From Yuukianura sp. NJ FZ-2021 (lineage: Eukaryota), in NCBI GenBank assembly GCA_046563655.1, contig CM102290.1:14198001-14262000 (forward strand): a stretch of DNA of 64,000 bases. The letters run 5' to 3'. Position numbers and translations under genes: made by a program. Positions 1-12,779 of the stretch are shown in pieces (position 1 is the first letter of the stretch; each line of letters opens with the position of its first letter). A model generated the notes under the pieces. That model did not search any database and had not been told where the DNA came from. It saw only the letters and a program-made list of their open reading frames with translations.

Positions 1-2439
1 AGAAGAGAGATTTCACTTGTTCAGATTTTGTGTGTTACGCACGAGGGGATGGAGTTGAGGTGCTCTTGAGTTGTTGAGAAGATGTCATCGCTAACATAAA
101 AAATAAGTTGATTTTAGAATATAATAGAGAGAGTATAGGAGATGATCTTGGTTAAACTTACGATTAGTAATCGCCTCATTCATAACAACAAATAGACACT
201 CCATTGTTGGTGTAGTGGTGGGCCAGAGTGGAGCAGAGACCTACTTCCTACTTTTTTCTTCTTCTGTGATGATGATGATGATGAAGTGAATTGATGATGA
301 TGCTGGTGGTGGACGAGATATGTAGGAAAGTGGGTCAGTGTCTCTCCTTCTCTTTGCTAACTATTAAGCACACAGATTGAAAGTAACTGAGCGGAAGATA
401 CTGGCAGTAGTGGAATCCGGGTTAGGATGTTGCCCGAGGGCTGTTCAAGGTCTAGATCACAACAATGCTATTTGCCCATTGTTGTGATTGCCCAAGGGAA
501 CGAATCCACTTCCTCCGTAGTTACTCCTTCAACATCATCATCCCAAAGAAGAATACTGCGGAGTGTTCCTTGTACTTGAGCAGCATCTTGTACTTGGTCA
601 CTGGCAGTTAGTTGCAGAGGCAGCTTCTTGTCCTACAACTCACAAAGTGACGCCGTTACATCAGTCAATCAGACTCACTCTCAACGGTGGCCGTGGTGAA
701 GGCGGAGTTAGTCGTCATCTCTCATCTATCACACGATTTTAAACCGTGGCTCATCACCGCTGGCTCATCCTGAGACTTAGTAGTGAACTTGAGAAGTTGA
801 GACTAAAAACCATTGTCAAGTTGGTGCTCCCTCATCAGTAGTTGATTGTCACGTTGGCTGGATAGGAGTCCATGGCAGCACCAACATCAGTATCGACATC
901 AGTATCGTCATCAGGATTATCTCTTCTGGAACTTCCCTAAACAGTTTAGAAAGTGGATTAATTGAGGTGTATTACGGTAACATCAGTTAATTGAGAGCGT
1001 ATGGGGACAGTGCTTTGACAATTGAAGTGTTTAGTGTATTTACACTGGGAACTTTACCTCTGAATGCGCCAGTCCCGAATCCGCTCCATCCCAGGACATA
1101 ACCAGAAGAAGTGTTGAAACATAGTGAAAATCTCTCATACGGTATTCATACCCCTTCCAGAAAAGACTGCTGTGGCTCATCTCCGGTAAATCGCTTTACA
1201 GTAGCCATCCACCTTTCAATAAGTCAATAACAGAAACAGAGTCAATTGAAAAGTACAGTTGGATCCACAAAACCCAAAACTAATTCAACAATTAACACAG
1301 TTAATTAAAAGTGAACACAAGTGTTGTTACCTGGTTACACAGTTGACAATTGAGTCATCATAATGCACACGGGCGGACTCCTACTTCTTCAGTCTCGTCC
1401 AGGTAAAAACGTTTCTCCTCATTTTTCAAACGTTTGACTCTTTTTCTAAAAAAAGGAAAAAATTGGCAATTTTTTGGAAACTGGAAATTAGAGGAACGAA
1501 AACGAACTTTTCTAAAAAAAAATTCAAAATGGCCCTCGAGATTCAAATTTCTTCCGGCCAAAACCGCCTATTGTTTCTCACAAATTTTTCCGCCGTGACT
1601 AATCCTCAGATATGTCGGAAACTCGGCTTTTCGCATCTTCTTTTCCTGTTGTCATTGGTAGGCTATTGTGTCCACATTTTGTTTTATGTAGGATCAACTA
1701 ATCCAGGAATTTGGAGTTTAGTTCCTCATCGTCACCATTTTTTGGTCAAATCAGGGTCACTTCCCTCTCCACATAATTAGACAATTAATTGGAGGTTTAG
1801 AGGAATTCAAGGTTTCACTTCCGGGGAGATATTTTATAACAAATGGGTTCCATCAGTCGACAACATTATTGTCATACCCAATACAAATTGTTCAATGTAC
1901 GGTTACCGTAGATTTCCAAATAGTGCCCCTATTCCAAACAACTCCTTATCTCTCTTGTAGTACCCCTCCAAAGGTACAACAATTAGTACCCCGGGGTACT
2001 TATTTGGAACTCTACGGTAAGCATGGCTCATCCTGAATACTAAATCTTAACAAGGTAACTGTCATATTGCCAGTCATTTCAGTATCCGAATGTATCTAAA
2101 AATAGACTGCGGTGCGGTTGGGTGAACGGTATTCACGTTAATCGAACATTGCACATCAATCCTAACCTTACCGGTGGATCCTAAAAACTGGGACAGAGTT
2201 GCCATTGCTCAAGTTCACGGTGAGGTTCCTCCCTTAGATTACAAATTAGTAAACAATTGACTTTGACATGTGCAATTTTTTATATATACGGACTAATTTG
2301 AACTTAAGTTGTTCCATTCATTCTCCCAAACAAGGATAAAAGATGACATCAACTGTATTGTTACAAAGTCACACAAGCATACCAACCTGTTGCAAAACTA
2401 CTGGAATATCTGTGAATCAATCGACGATTGAAAGTATTC

Positions 2440-2526
2440 TGCATATACCTCTTTTTATGCAAAATCGAAAAAAAAACATTAGGTATTACTCAACCTGTTA
2501 AAGAAAATCAAAGTCAACAAACCTTG
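2440..2526. mobile_element. Truncated MITE right end
   Basis: GGTATTACTCAACCTGTTAAAGAAAATCAAAGTCAACAAACCTTG closely matches the family terminus. Confidence 0.7.
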
Positions 2527-5432
2527 GAACACTATTTGGAAATTTACGGTACTTGAAGATACCAATAAAGTTAGTGAATTTAACCGAATTGAACTCTGGC
2601 TCTGATTCGCGTGATAACGTAGTAGTGACCTTTACTCTGAGCGATCTAATTATACAACAGGTAATCTGTTAACGTAACCAAATTGAACTTCTGGACAAGT
2701 ACAAAACAATTGTACTGCCAGCACAAAATTCCCCAACGTCACAGATAAGTTGATCAACATGGCGTGACCTTTGGCCCAATAGTCACCTTCATGTCAATCC
2801 GACCATGACATGGACATAAGTTGACATTGCTAAACCAGAGATTGAATCGTTAATCGAGTTAATCTCACTTTTGTGTCTTGAGTGATTCACTGCTCTAATT
2901 GTTAATTGTTGTTAAGTTCAACAATCAACTTGTTCAAGTTGTTAAACTTTCGGAAGTTGTCGTTCTACATTTTTTGAAAAAGAAACCTGGCAAAATGGCA
3001 TCTTGTGCCCCAGCCCCCTTGTGGTGCATCCCATAGCCTAGTCTTAACGTAACACTTATTTTATTGTTGTGTGCTCAGATTTGACCAAGCTTAACACACA
3101 GAAAGAGAGATGCCTTTTCTTTTCAAAAATTGAGGTCACGTCACCACCATAACTTTTAAAAAGTATTCCACACCAACGTTTCGAAAAAAAAATACAGCCA
3201 ATTTTTGAATCTGAATACCGGAAATTTCCGGGCGCGACGCGAAACGCGACGCAAAAAATTTCTTGTTTGAATTTTAGCTGATTTAAATCAGCTAAATCAC
3301 CTAAAATTCAAAAAAGAATTTTTTTTAGGTTTTTTTTTCTCAAAACGGTGCTGTTTCCAAGTACAAAGTTTTTAGCACTGCAGCAGGTGATGTTGCAATT
3401 AAAAACAAGATAATATTGAAATGCTGGAATTTGGAGATAAGTGACGAATTCCAAGTACTTTTGTGTGCCGATCACTTGTGTCACTCCTGTCACATCCCAA
3501 ATTAGTGTTCAATTAACACATTCTCAGTAATCCACTACTTCAACGTTACCTAAATTTAAAGTTATTACGCAAACCAACACTTTTTATCTAGTGGAAACTT
3601 TGTTGTTAACGCACTACGTCAAAAAAACTATTTTTCAACTGCTGCGGTCCCTTTCGTTATGCAATGCCCTTCATAAAATATCATTTTAAAAATTACCGCC
3701 CCAGCTGAAGGAAAAATCCATTACACACTGTAAACTCCATTAAAGTTAACATAATGTTAATGTTAAGTTAACATCAATGTTAACTTTAAAACTTAAACCA
3801 CAAACTAACCCTCAAACATTCATGAAGTGACCTCCATGAATTCGTTTCGTGCTTGGCTCAAAAAAAAAGTTTTCATGAGGGGTTTTAGGACAAACTGCGC
3901 AAAAAGCAGATTTTAAATATTCAAAAATTAATATTTAAGAAATTCAATATTTAAAAAGCATTTCGGTTCGGAAAAACTTAACTAATTTAGTATTCATTCA
4001 GTAAAGTTTGTCTAAACAAAAATTTTATGTGCTGAAGAGTTTATATAAATTTCATAAGAGAGTTGATCAAATGAGGCATGACTTTCGTCACATGAGATGA
4101 AAATGTGCTGCCAGTATTATTACAAAACATGAAGTTGGAAGTGCGGAAGTATTCCAAAGTCTATGTAATTCTGGTGAGTGAGTGAGGAGAAGAGGTGAGG
4201 CGAGGTCGTGGCCAAGGTCACCAAATGCAATTTTACAACATGAAATGAATTGAGCAATTCTTTTTAAAGTATAGTGAGGTATTTTGTGACATCCCCCGCC
4301 CCTATTACAGCTAAACAAACCCCCCCCCCCTCATAAGAATAGGCAAAATGTACCTAATCATCTCTGGAAATTGTGTATACTCAAGAGACCTTGAAATCCT
4401 TTTTTTTATAGACTTATAGACTTTTAGTACTAAAAATTTTAGTGCTACTAGTTTTTTTTATATATTAGTTTCATAATTTTATAACTTGGTTGCATGACTA
4501 GGAAACTATAAAGTAGTTCCTGATTTTTTTGGTTCCTAAATTGGTTTATGTCATGTGACTAAAAAACCGCCTTTGATTCCACTTCCTCAATTTCAAATCA
4601 AAAGCAACATTTATATAACAATTCTTTTTTAATTTTTTTGAAACTTTTTTAAAAGATATTTTCTTACCACGAAGAATTGTATTTTTATGCAACACTTACT
4701 TTCCCCCCTCATAGTTTGTCAATTTTGATTTTCCCGCTTAATCCCCAGCAGGCGGGAACTAAAATTTCAAAATTTGAATTTCGAAATAAATGGAATTTCA
4801 ATTTCCCAAACTTTTTTTAAGAGTAAAAGTGAAACTAGACGTCGGTGGGAAAGTAAATGACGCATAAGCAGTATAATTTTTAATTGGTTTTTTAAAACTA
4901 GGACACAATCGTAGCGTGTGAAAGTTTTGTCTAGATTAGTCCCATAGTTTGCTAACAAGTACTGGACACTCGTCCCACGATTATACTTGGACACTATTGG
5001 AAGTGTCATGTTACAGGCATGCCAAAAATATTTACTAAAAACCAGCCAAATATTTAAATATCTACAATATTTAATTAAAAAGCTCGAAATATTTACTAAG
5101 TTAACATTAAAGACATGGGGAAATAAATAATATTTCGAAACAAGAATGCCCAAGATATTGATTTTGTTAGCATTGTAGGCAATTTGAACTAAATATTTTT
5201 GGCATGTCTGGTGACATGATGTGACACTTTCCAGTAGAACCCAATGTGTCCAAGTCAATGCAAATTCCACCGGCGCCTGTACAGTGACGTTCGTACTTTT
5301 GCAAACTTTTTGCGAACTGGAGTTCCTTGAACTCTTGTTTTGAATTATTCTGCTGTTTTTGCAAGGATTTTTGCAAATGTGGAGAGTGGCAAAGTGCCAA
5401 GCGGAGAGAGAGGAGAGTCCATCGGACGAAGT

Positions 5433-5500
5433 TGCAAAAAAGTTTGGCTATTGCAAAAAAAGTTTGGCTATTGCAAAAAAAGTTAGGCTATTGCAAAAAA
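5433..5500. repeat. 20-bp tandem repeat, about 3.4 copies (TGCAAAAAAAGTTTGGCTAT)
   Basis: Direct inspection. Confidence 0.85.
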
Positions 5501-5539
5501 GTTGTGCTTAGACTTGGATAAGCTGAGCATGTGAATGGA

Positions 5540-5549
5540 ATTACGTAAT
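5540..5549. promoter_or_regulatory. Perfect PAR-bZIP/NFIL3 (D-box) site ATTACGTAAT upstream of vrille
   Basis: Matches the RTTAYGTAAY consensus; function not shown. Confidence 0.45.
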
Positions 5550-6039
5550 GAAGGTGACCTAGGGATGAGTCGGGGTTTTCGGCCGCACAAAAAAAAGTTG
5601 TTTTTTGGCAAAAAGGAGAGAAGATGAGCCAGGAAGACAAGATTTGAGGAACATTCTGCCTCGTGGAACTGTTTGCAAAAAAAAAATTTGCACAAAACGT
5701 TTTTTTTTGCACTATTTTTTTTACAATTTCGCAATCCAGTACGTACAAAACGTTACGTTGTTACTCCCTATTCTTTGCGCCAATTTTACATTCACTTTAA
5801 TGCCACAACTCAAAATCGTTATCTAGAATCCGTGTTTCAAAATTTTGAAAAAAAAAACGGATGGGAAAATTTAAAAGCAATTGAACAGGACGTTTGGATT
5901 CCAAGAAATTGACGAGGAACTTCAAGGTCAAGCAAGGTCAAGGTCATCCACCTTTGTATATCAAGTTAAAACTCTTGGGATTGGCTCAGCGTCTTTTTGC
6001 GTCCTTCTGATTGGTTGAAGTTTTTGAGTCGTTTTTAAG

Positions 6040-6279
6040 CAAGGTTTGTTGACTGGTGTTCTTTAACCGATTGAGTAATACCTCATGTTTTTTTTCGATT
6101 TTGCATAAAAAGAGTATGTTTCATTTCATGGTATCGGAGTCATAACAAATACAGCCGAATTTTTTAAATTTTACATACGAATTGGTACCAATTTTTGTTG
6201 TCATTTTTTTGTCAACAAGGAATAAGGTAGTATTCAACCTGTTAAAGAAAATTCAGTTTTCGTTGTCAAGGAACCTTTG
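6040..6279. mobile_element. hAT-like MITE, subfamily A
   Basis: CAAGGTTTGTTGACT...GTCAAGGAACCTTTG; near-perfect TSD TTTTTAAG/TTGTTAAG; homologous to the 51596 copy. Confidence 0.8.
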
Positions 6280-6348
6280 TTGTTAAGGAAATTTAAAGAA
6301 AGTGGAGAAAACGGGATATGCTTTGCCGGTTCTGATAAATTCGGGAAC

Positions 6349-6436
6349 AAAAAAAAAGTGGTGTCCTTGAAGCGGTGGGGAATCGATCCGCGTCCTCGCA
6401 CTTCCACGTCCAGCTCTCCCACCACCAGGCCTATTT
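6349..6436 (-). pseudogene. Degenerate tRNA-derived element with oligo-T terminator
   Basis: Minus strand reads TAGGCCTGGTGGT (A-box-like) ... GCGGATCGATTCCCC (B-box-like) ... followed by a long T-run. Confidence 0.45.
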
Positions 6437-7047
6437 TTTACTAGGGTTGGAGTTACTGTGAAAGTGAAGGGCTTCACTCCATGACCTTTCCTCTCTCTCT
6501 CTCCAAGGTTACGTTGAGGTGGGTTACGGTAGAAACAGAAACTTTTACACTCAATTCCATACTTACCCTTTGCACGTCACAAAAAAATTGGCACTTTTTT
6601 GGAAATTTGACATTTTTCAAAGAGTTTAATTTTGTGGACAAAAAATTTACAAGAAAATTTATTGTTCAACCTTTTCTTTCATTATATTTGACAATAACAT
6701 AACTTTTTTTTAGGTGTGACTTCAAACTTGAGTTTTTTTTGGAGTGATTTGATTGGTCAATTTCATTACAGATTTAAAAGGAAAGGTTAATGGTAAACCT
6801 TTGATGTTGACAGTGTCAATGCCATTGATGACTCTAAATTTCGAAATCACGACTTTGCCAACCACTTTTCTAAGTACCAATTTTGTTCCGTTTTTGAAAT
6901 TTTCCTTTTTGTCATTTATTTTGAAAATTTTGATGAAAAGAGGAAATTTGAGGGTAATGAATAGGGTGACCTCTGACCTGACCTCTGGTTGAATGTATGA
7001 AAAGTAAACGTGACGACAGAAATTGTTAGGGTGATTAGGTTATGTTT

Positions 7048-7278
7048 CACGTGATGAGCACTGGAGCTGCTTGTGCTTGTGATGCATCAGGGCTCCAGCG
7101 ATTTGCGAATCGCTGGAGCGCTGATGACAGAAGCGGTCGATAAAGTGAAGAGTGCAAGTTATTTTGGGAATGACTTTCACCTGTAGCCTGCATCCTCCAT
7201 GTCTCTTTACCTAGAACAACTTTTCTTTTCAAAATTTTGAAAAAAAAGGAACGTGGGTTATGTAAAAGTTTTATGTAA
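7048..7278. promoter_or_regulatory. Canonical E-box CACGTG (7048-7053) plus tandem TTATGTAA D-box cores (7258-7265, 7271-7278)
   Basis: Motif matches within about 2.5 kb upstream of the vrille coding exon. Confidence 0.45.
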
Positions 7279-8554
7279 ATTTCAAAAATTTGGATTATTA
7301 TATAAAATTTTTAAGCATTTAGTGCACTGACACGAAAAAATATGAAGTCAAGGAATTGGAAAGTTTTTCAATTTTTTATGAGCGACATAACTTATCGCTG
7401 TTGTAGTTTTTTGAAATTTTCAATTACGGTAAGTAGTTGCACAATATTTGGGAAATTTTGAAATTTTTAAAAAAATTTATGTGTTGTAGGTTTGAAAATT
7501 TTCAAAACAGGGTTCAGGGTTTGATTTTGTGGATTTCTTTTGCGAATGGCTGCAAAGTGGGACTTTAAAATTTAAAAATGGGTAAACTTTTTATTGGGCT
7601 TATTATGTTATATTTATTTATTTATTTTTACATGTTTATTTATTATATATATTATATTATTTGTATTTATTATTTATTATATATTTATGTTAGTTTGTTA
7701 GGTGTTGGTAGAATGTAGGTCAATCGATGTAAAGTTTTGTGATGATGACGTGAGTCGTCTAAAAAGGAGAAAGTGGACATGCTTCACCGTCCACGTAAGC
7801 AGAAGGATATGATGGCGGGTTATTCAAAATATTGATCCACCATGTCCGGTGGATTCGTGGAGCCACCATGGTGGGTCCGATGGATTCGCGGAGCCACCAT
7901 GGTGGGTTCCTGGAGCATGGTGGATCAATAACTTTGCGTTGTTGACGTTTTTGTAAATAGAAGGGTTGCGAAGGTCAGGATTTTTCCACTTTAAATTTTT
8001 AATGAACAGCTCTCTGCGTTGTTTGAAAAAAAAAACACTCAACTGTGTTTCCAATTTCCAAACTCCCGCCTCCTTTTGTTTTCGGTTTTTCTCCTTGAAA
8101 GGGTTTCTTAACTTTTAACTTTTACTTTTAAATTTTGAAGTGTTTTTTTTAGTTTGGAAATTGTGAGGGTTTAACAAGGAAGTTTTTGTGGTTCTTCCGG
8201 TTTTTGGCTCAAGATCAAATGTTTTGAGAGGATGATGATGTAAGAATGGATTGATTGTTGGGTGAAGGAGTTACAATGGCAGTGGAGGTTAGGTGGGACC
8301 TTGACAATGGAATCCAGACGTGGAAGAGGAAGTGAGTGTCAATGGGAATCTGCGCATGCGCAGTGGGTGTGCGCATGCGTGTCCCCCAACTGCATTTGTA
8401 CTTGTCATGTCTCTAGGTCACAACATTTAGGAACTTCAAATTCAATTTGGAATGTGGAAACACAGGAAATTGGGCTTAAATTTTGTAAAAGTTGCACCAA
8501 ATCGGGGAAAGGTGAATTTATTGTAAGAATTATAGCAGCGAATCGCAGTAAGCA

Positions 8555-8790
8555 AAAATTATTATAGCAAATCCCGGAAGGCAGAAATTATTGCATAAAT
8601 TATTGTAGCAAATTGCAGAATTTATGGCAGAAATGTTTACAGCAAATTAAGAAAGCAGAATTTATTGGAAATTTTTTGCAGCAAATCGCAGAAAGCAGAA
8701 ATTATTGCAGAAAATCGGAGAAAGCAGAAATTGTTGCAGAGAAAGCAGACATTATTTAATCACAGAAAGCAGAAATAATTGCAGAAATGA
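8555..8790. repeat. Degenerate GCAGAAA(TTATT) minisatellite upstream of the vrille coding exon
   Basis: Repeated GCAGAAATTATT / GCAGAAAGCAGAA units. Confidence 0.65.
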
Positions 8791-9590
8791 TTGGATTCAC
8801 CTACTTTAAAAAATGGGGCGGGCGGAGTTATGGCTATCGTATGTGGGTGATTAGGTTATGTTTAGTTATGTTCTTCCTGATTTTTGTTGTGTCGTTTGTT
8901 CCGACATTAAGTTAGGCTAACATAACCTAACTGTTGCCCTCGTTCCGTCAGAAACGTGACGACTTCTCAGAATTGGACAATTGAAGTCGTTCAAATGGCC
9001 TAAAATGTTTACGTTTAGAAAATTAAACGATGCTGAGGATACCGCTTTGTAAAAAGTTAGTTGCATAGGAACTAGTACTGCGTGAGGTTCAGTTAACCTA
9101 ATCTCCTCCTCTGGTTAGGTTAAACTTTAGCCTAATTAGGCTAAAAACCTAATCTCAGGAGATCCTGCAATGCTATTTTCAGGGTACTTCAGTTGTGCCA
9201 CAGTTCAAAAGGGCAGTAAAGGTTGGTTTCACCAAGGTTGTTTCGGCACCAAATTTTGAAAATTCGAAATTTTGAAAAAAAAAGCGCCAAATTTGAACCG
9301 AAGGGTCAATGACCTTTGGGAAGAGCAGAGATGAGTTAATGTGCTACTTACCTTTGGATGATAATTGTTGTGGACACATTTGACACAATTTATGGATGAT
9401 GAGAGGCTCCAGACTGTTTGCCAATTTGCAAATTTTGTTGCCAAATTGCAAATTTTGACTCTGTTTCACAAATCTGCCAATTTTTTCTTCGTATTCCTTG
9501 TGTTTCATCGTCCGTTTTTTCTGGTTTTTGTCCAAGTTCATTGACCTAATCTTATTTTTTTCAATTCCAGATGCTCATCTGAGACGCCAA

Positions 9591-11051
9591 ATGATGGTGG
9601 CACGCGGACAGGAGTCACCGAACGGAGATTCCTGTGGCAACGGTGGTCCACTGCCTCCGGGCATTCTGAATCAAGGGCCCCCTGGCCCCCCACTCTTCGG
9701 GGGTGGCATGCACTCCCCCCCACTTCCGCCCCCCAACGGGGGGTTCCCCCTCCCGGTCACGCCCTTTGACCTCACCGGCAGTTTGAAGCGTAAAGAGCTG
9801 TTCAATCAGAGGAAACAACGTGAATTTATCCCCGATAACAAAAAAGATGACAGTTATTGGGACAGGCGGCGCCGGAACAACGAAGCAGCGAAGCGGTCGC
9901 GAGAAAAACGCAGATTCAATGACATGATTCTCGAGACGCGTGTGATTGAGTTGACAAAGGAAAATCACATTCTGAAGGCTCAGCTGATTGCGATCAAGGA
10001 CAAGTTCGGGATTAACGGAGACAACATGATCAGTTTGGACCAAGTTTTGTCCACATTGCCAACAAATGATCAAGTTCTCAGTCTCACTAAGCGCGCCAAA
10101 GTTTTGGGCGGGAACTTTTTGAAAAGTCCCGGGTATCCTGGTTCTCCATCTGAATCAACCACGCAAGATAATTGTCACATTGACATTGAAGATGAGGATG
10201 ACAGGAGCTACGACAGGCATGGAATGGACGAAAGGTCACGCAGTCCCCAGGCAGCACATCATCAGCATCATCAGCATCTTCATCAGCACATCAGTCGAGC
10301 AGGTCACATGATCCATCCGCCACATATTGACATTGAGAAGCCCAATGATCATCACTTTGCCTACTCTCCACAAGCACTTCACGGAAACTTGAGCAGTGGG
10401 CGCAGCAGTCTCTCTCCATCTGATGACATTCTCAACCTCAGCATCACTTGTAACGTACCGACATCCGAATCATCGCAGTCTGATGAGCGCCAGACGTCCG
10501 ATTCCGATCACAGTCCGCGCGGACTCAAAAGTCCGGAAGGAAAACCGGACAAGTTGAAGCAGGCCAAGGATCAAACCGGTACGGTTTCATCAGCTGTCGG
10601 ATCAGCTGGAACCAATCAGCAACTGCCGCACAAACTTCGGCACAAGACACTTATCGACGGACCGTTCGGCATCATGAAACCGGATCTTCACGGTACCGGT
10701 ACCAGCCCAACACATCACTGGGACCATGACGAGTCGACGAACAGCGGTTCGGGCAGTTCCGACGAACGGGATTCCGGTATTTCAATTAACGGAGAAGCAC
10801 TGGACAAGTTTTCGGCTTCACGACAACCCTCTCCGCTTTCTTCGTTCAAACAGCTGAGCGGCAGACCGCTCGAGAGCAGTTCCGGACAAGATCAGAGTAC
10901 GGTTCAGCAGCGCAAGCGAGCCAAGAAGCGATTCAGCGATGACAGTTCGCTGGAATCCGAAAATTTGAAACTCAAATCCGAATTGGTTCGACTCGCCACT
11001 GAAGTGGCTTGTCTCAAAAACTATCTCACTGCTGGCTGCACACCGCCATAA
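9591..11051 (+). CDS. vri: vrille / NFIL3 (E4BP4) bZIP transcriptional repressor; single large coding exon after a splice acceptor at 9569-9570 (an upstream exon may add a few N-terminal residues)
   Basis: ORF has RKQREFIPDNKKDDSYWDRRRRNNEAAKRSREKRRFND, the PAR/NFIL3-type basic region, followed by a leucine zipper. It also has the LPHKLRHK motif and a C-terminal coiled-coil segment (ENLKLKSELVRLATEVACLK). Confidence 0.93.
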   Translation: MMVARGQESPNGDSCGNGGPLPPGILNQGPPGPPLFGGGMHSPPLPPPNGGFPLPVTPFDLTGSLKRKELFNQRKQREFIPDNKKDDSYWDRRRRNNEAAKRSREKRRFNDMILETRVIELTKENHILKAQLIAIKDKFGINGDNMISLDQVLSTLPTNDQVLSLTKRAKVLGGNFLKSPGYPGSPSESTTQDNCHIDIEDEDDRSYDRHGMDERSRSPQAAHHQHHQHLHQHISRAGHMIHPPHIDIEKPNDHHFAYSPQALHGNLSSGRSSLSPSDDILNLSITCNVPTSESSQSDERQTSDSDHSPRGLKSPEGKPDKLKQAKDQTGTVSSAVGSAGTNQQLPHKLRHKTLIDGPFGIMKPDLHGTGTSPTHHWDHDESTNSGSGSSDERDSGISINGEALDKFSASRQPSPLSSFKQLSGRPLESSSGQDQSTVQQRKRAKKRFSDDSSLESENLKLKSELVRLATEVACLKNYLTAGCTPP

Positions 11052-12779
11052 ATTAAAAAAAAATGTGAAAACGTTGCCAAAACGTAATCGCTTGCAGCGA
11101 TTTTGCGATTGAAGCTTAGCGTTAGACGCTTGAAGCGATTGAGAAACTTTACAACTTTTTGACGTTTCGTGGCAGCAACAGGAGTTGATACAACAAAAAT
11201 CTATGTTTGATAAAGAAAAAATTTGTTAGTATAGTTTTTAACATTAAGTTTTTAGTTTTAAGCGAATCAGTAAGGAAAAGAGGTGCTAAAATTTATAAAA
11301 AAAACGACAATCATTTATTCTAGTTTTTAAAAAGACGCCAAACGCGTTTTTTTGTCTAAATTTTCTGTTTGATTTCAAAATTTAATTTATTGAAACTAAT
11401 GAATTTTTTCATGCGATTTTTGAAATTTGGATTCTACTTTTTTGAAAACTTGTATTTTTGTAAAAATATTTCACAGACCTTGTCCAACTTTTTTTTGTAA
11501 AGAGGGGAAGCATATTTGATACAAAAAAAAACTTATTTTCTTTACACCCTCCAAAATGAATCGTCCTACACAGAAGTTGAATGTAAATGGAATTATATAT
11601 TATAAAATATAAAGTTATATATAAAGTTATATATTTATTATATATTTTTTGTTAACTACTAAGCTTAACTTGTTACGGTACCCTAAAAATTAAAGTTTAG
11701 AGGACAATTTGTAAAAATGTTAATAGAAAAAAGTTGTAAAAAAAATCTGTTCTACCGTTTTTATGAAATTTGATTTCGTCCAAACGTTAAATTAACTAAT
11801 TTATTTTTTGTTTTTCTGAATTTGAACAGATTTTTGCAATCTTTTCGAATTTTTAAAAGTTCCCGGTTTTTAAAACTTTAAATACAACTAAGTTTTTTAG
11901 CCTTATTTGTTGTAAATAGTTAAATTATTTAATTAAATTATAATGTTATATGGATAAAAAAGTTAAATTTCAAAGAAGAAAGAAGAAGAAATTTCAACAA
12001 AGAAGAAGTTTTAACTTATCCTCCCCACCCCACGTTTTCACAACTTCGTTTTCACATTTAACCTTTGACACTTTTGAGTGAAAAGTTTTCACTTTACGAA
12101 ACTTACTACGACCTTGACCTTCCCTTTTGAATTTTTCGCGCCAACTTTGAATTAAAATTCAAAATTTGTAATTTCCCTCCACTTTTCTCCTTGACTTATT
12201 TGTAGTCGCTACTTGTGTAAACCCAAAAGATGTAAAAGCTGTGAGGGACGTATACTTTTCGTATTAAACATTTTGTTAATCAACTCCTATTTTTGTTAAC
12301 TAATTGTGAAGGTATTTAATTATAAGTTAATTAACTTAACTTAATTAAAGTGTTAATTGTTGTGACTATTGATGTGATGAGAGTAACTCTGTAACATTAC
12401 AAGTGATATGATTCGTGTCTAAAAGGTAAACATTGGTGCGACCAAAGAGAGCGAAGACCAGAATTTGTCATCCTCCTTTTCAAAAAAAAAATTTCTTTCG
12501 AAAAAAAAGTATTTTTAAAAAAAATTGAAAATTCTTATTACTAATTTTTTTTAAATTTTAAGACATCAAACCCCTGTGTCCTGGAATCACTTAAGTGAAA
12601 AAAATTAATTTGTGAAAATAAATCTAGTTTTGTTGAAGATAGGCATCACCAATTATTTCATTTTTTTTGTCATAAAAAGTTTTTCAAATTTTTCATGAAA
12701 ATTTTTTAACTCACAGATTTTCAAAATTAATATTCAAATTTTCAAGTGAGGTGAATAATTTTTTGTAGAGATTTTCAAA

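Noticed and set aside
4767..5270. 167-aa minus-strand ORF
   Set aside because: AT-rich, non-ATG start and no domain features; likely a chance ORF.
5433..5500. Short regular repeats as a CRISPR array (also 42919-43066, 17370-17425, 62827-62900)
   Set aside because: These are tandem or two-copy direct repeats without unique spacers, in a eukaryotic context with no cas genes.
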